From the sequence record LC537470.1: 32,000 nt of DNA, one strand, 5' to 3'. Positions 27,490 to 32,000 of the stretch are shown here, in pieces. The translations under genes were made by a program, and so were the position numbers. Under the pieces are notes generated by a model. It was not told the origin of the DNA. It was given only the letters and a program-made list of their open reading frames with translations, and ran no database searches. How positions within the stretch are numbered: the stretch's first letter is position 1; each line of letters starts with the position of its first letter.

Positions 27490-27564
27490 GGCGATTATAA
27501 CTCAGTTGGTTAGAGTATTAGGTTGTGATTCTAAGAGACACGGGTTCAAATCCCGTTATTCGCC
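27490..27564 (+). tRNA. trnH: tRNA-His (GUG) with genomically encoded G-1
   Basis: g(-1)+gcgatta / tattcgc+c(73), anticodon arm ttagg-ttGTGat-tctaa, T-loop ttcaaat. Confidence 0.88.
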
Positions 27565-27574
27565 TTAAAACAAG

Positions 27575-30292
<2,718 letters not shown>

Positions 30293-30368
30293 GACTTTAA
30301 AAAATGTTTTTATAACATAGAGATTTAAATATTAAAGAGTTTTTAAATAAATACTATTTAAAAATTAT

Positions 30369-31914
<1,546 letters not shown>

Positions 31915-31988
31915 AATGAAATAGTTCAGTTGGTTAGAACGTTGGAATCATAATCCAAGTGTCGGGGGTTCGAATCCCTCTTTCATTA
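31915..31988 (+). tRNA. tRNA with CAU anticodon (Ile via C34 modification, or elongator Met)
   Basis: Acceptor aatgaaa/tttcatt, anticodon arm ttgga-atCATaa-tccaa, T-loop ttcgaat. It lies immediately 3' of rns. Confidence 0.85.
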
Positions 31989-32000
31989 TATTATATAAAA

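Noticed and set aside
30293-30368. Possible 5S rRNA (rrn5) near the rRNA genes or in other spacers (14068..14193, 26718..26816).
   Set aside because: The spacers are too short or lack any 5S-like helices or conserved loops that I can recognise. A covariance-model search would be needed to exclude a divergent copy.

Overview
This strongly AT-rich, very gene-dense window reads as most of a protist mitochondrial genome. The gene set and order look most like a stramenopile or ochrophyte alga (diatom- or brown-alga-like), but I cannot name the taxon without a database search. The genetic code is standard: all respiratory genes are intact with TGA unread, trnW has anticodon CCA, and TGA serves as a stop. 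I call 34 protein genes. They are cob, atp6/8/9, cox1-3, nad1/3/4L/5/7/9/11, tatC, a TatA-like ORF, 16 ribosomal-protein genes, an rpl10-like ORF and two unassigned ORFs. I also call 23 tRNAs, rnl and rns. I see no introns, no 5S rRNA, no CRISPR and no recognisable mobile-element genes. Remnants of bacterial operons survive: rps12-rps7, rpl14-rpl5, rps8-rpl6 and rpl2-rps19-rps3-rpl16. The only sizeable non-coding stretch is 25284..26645 (about 1.36 kb). It sits where the minus-strand block (trnL..cox2) and the plus-strand block (trnE..rns) diverge, and it holds nested inverted repeats built around a 27-nt core present four times. I found nothing resembling a bacterial-type novel system. The points most worth a second look are these:
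- a tatA-tatC pair with trnW embedded antisense
- an atp8 gene absent from the ORF track because it has no ATG/GTG/TTG start
- an rpl6 reading frame broken at a poly-A tract
- an rpl10-like ORF
- a 249-codon multi-pass membrane ORF of unknown function
- the palindromic putative control region
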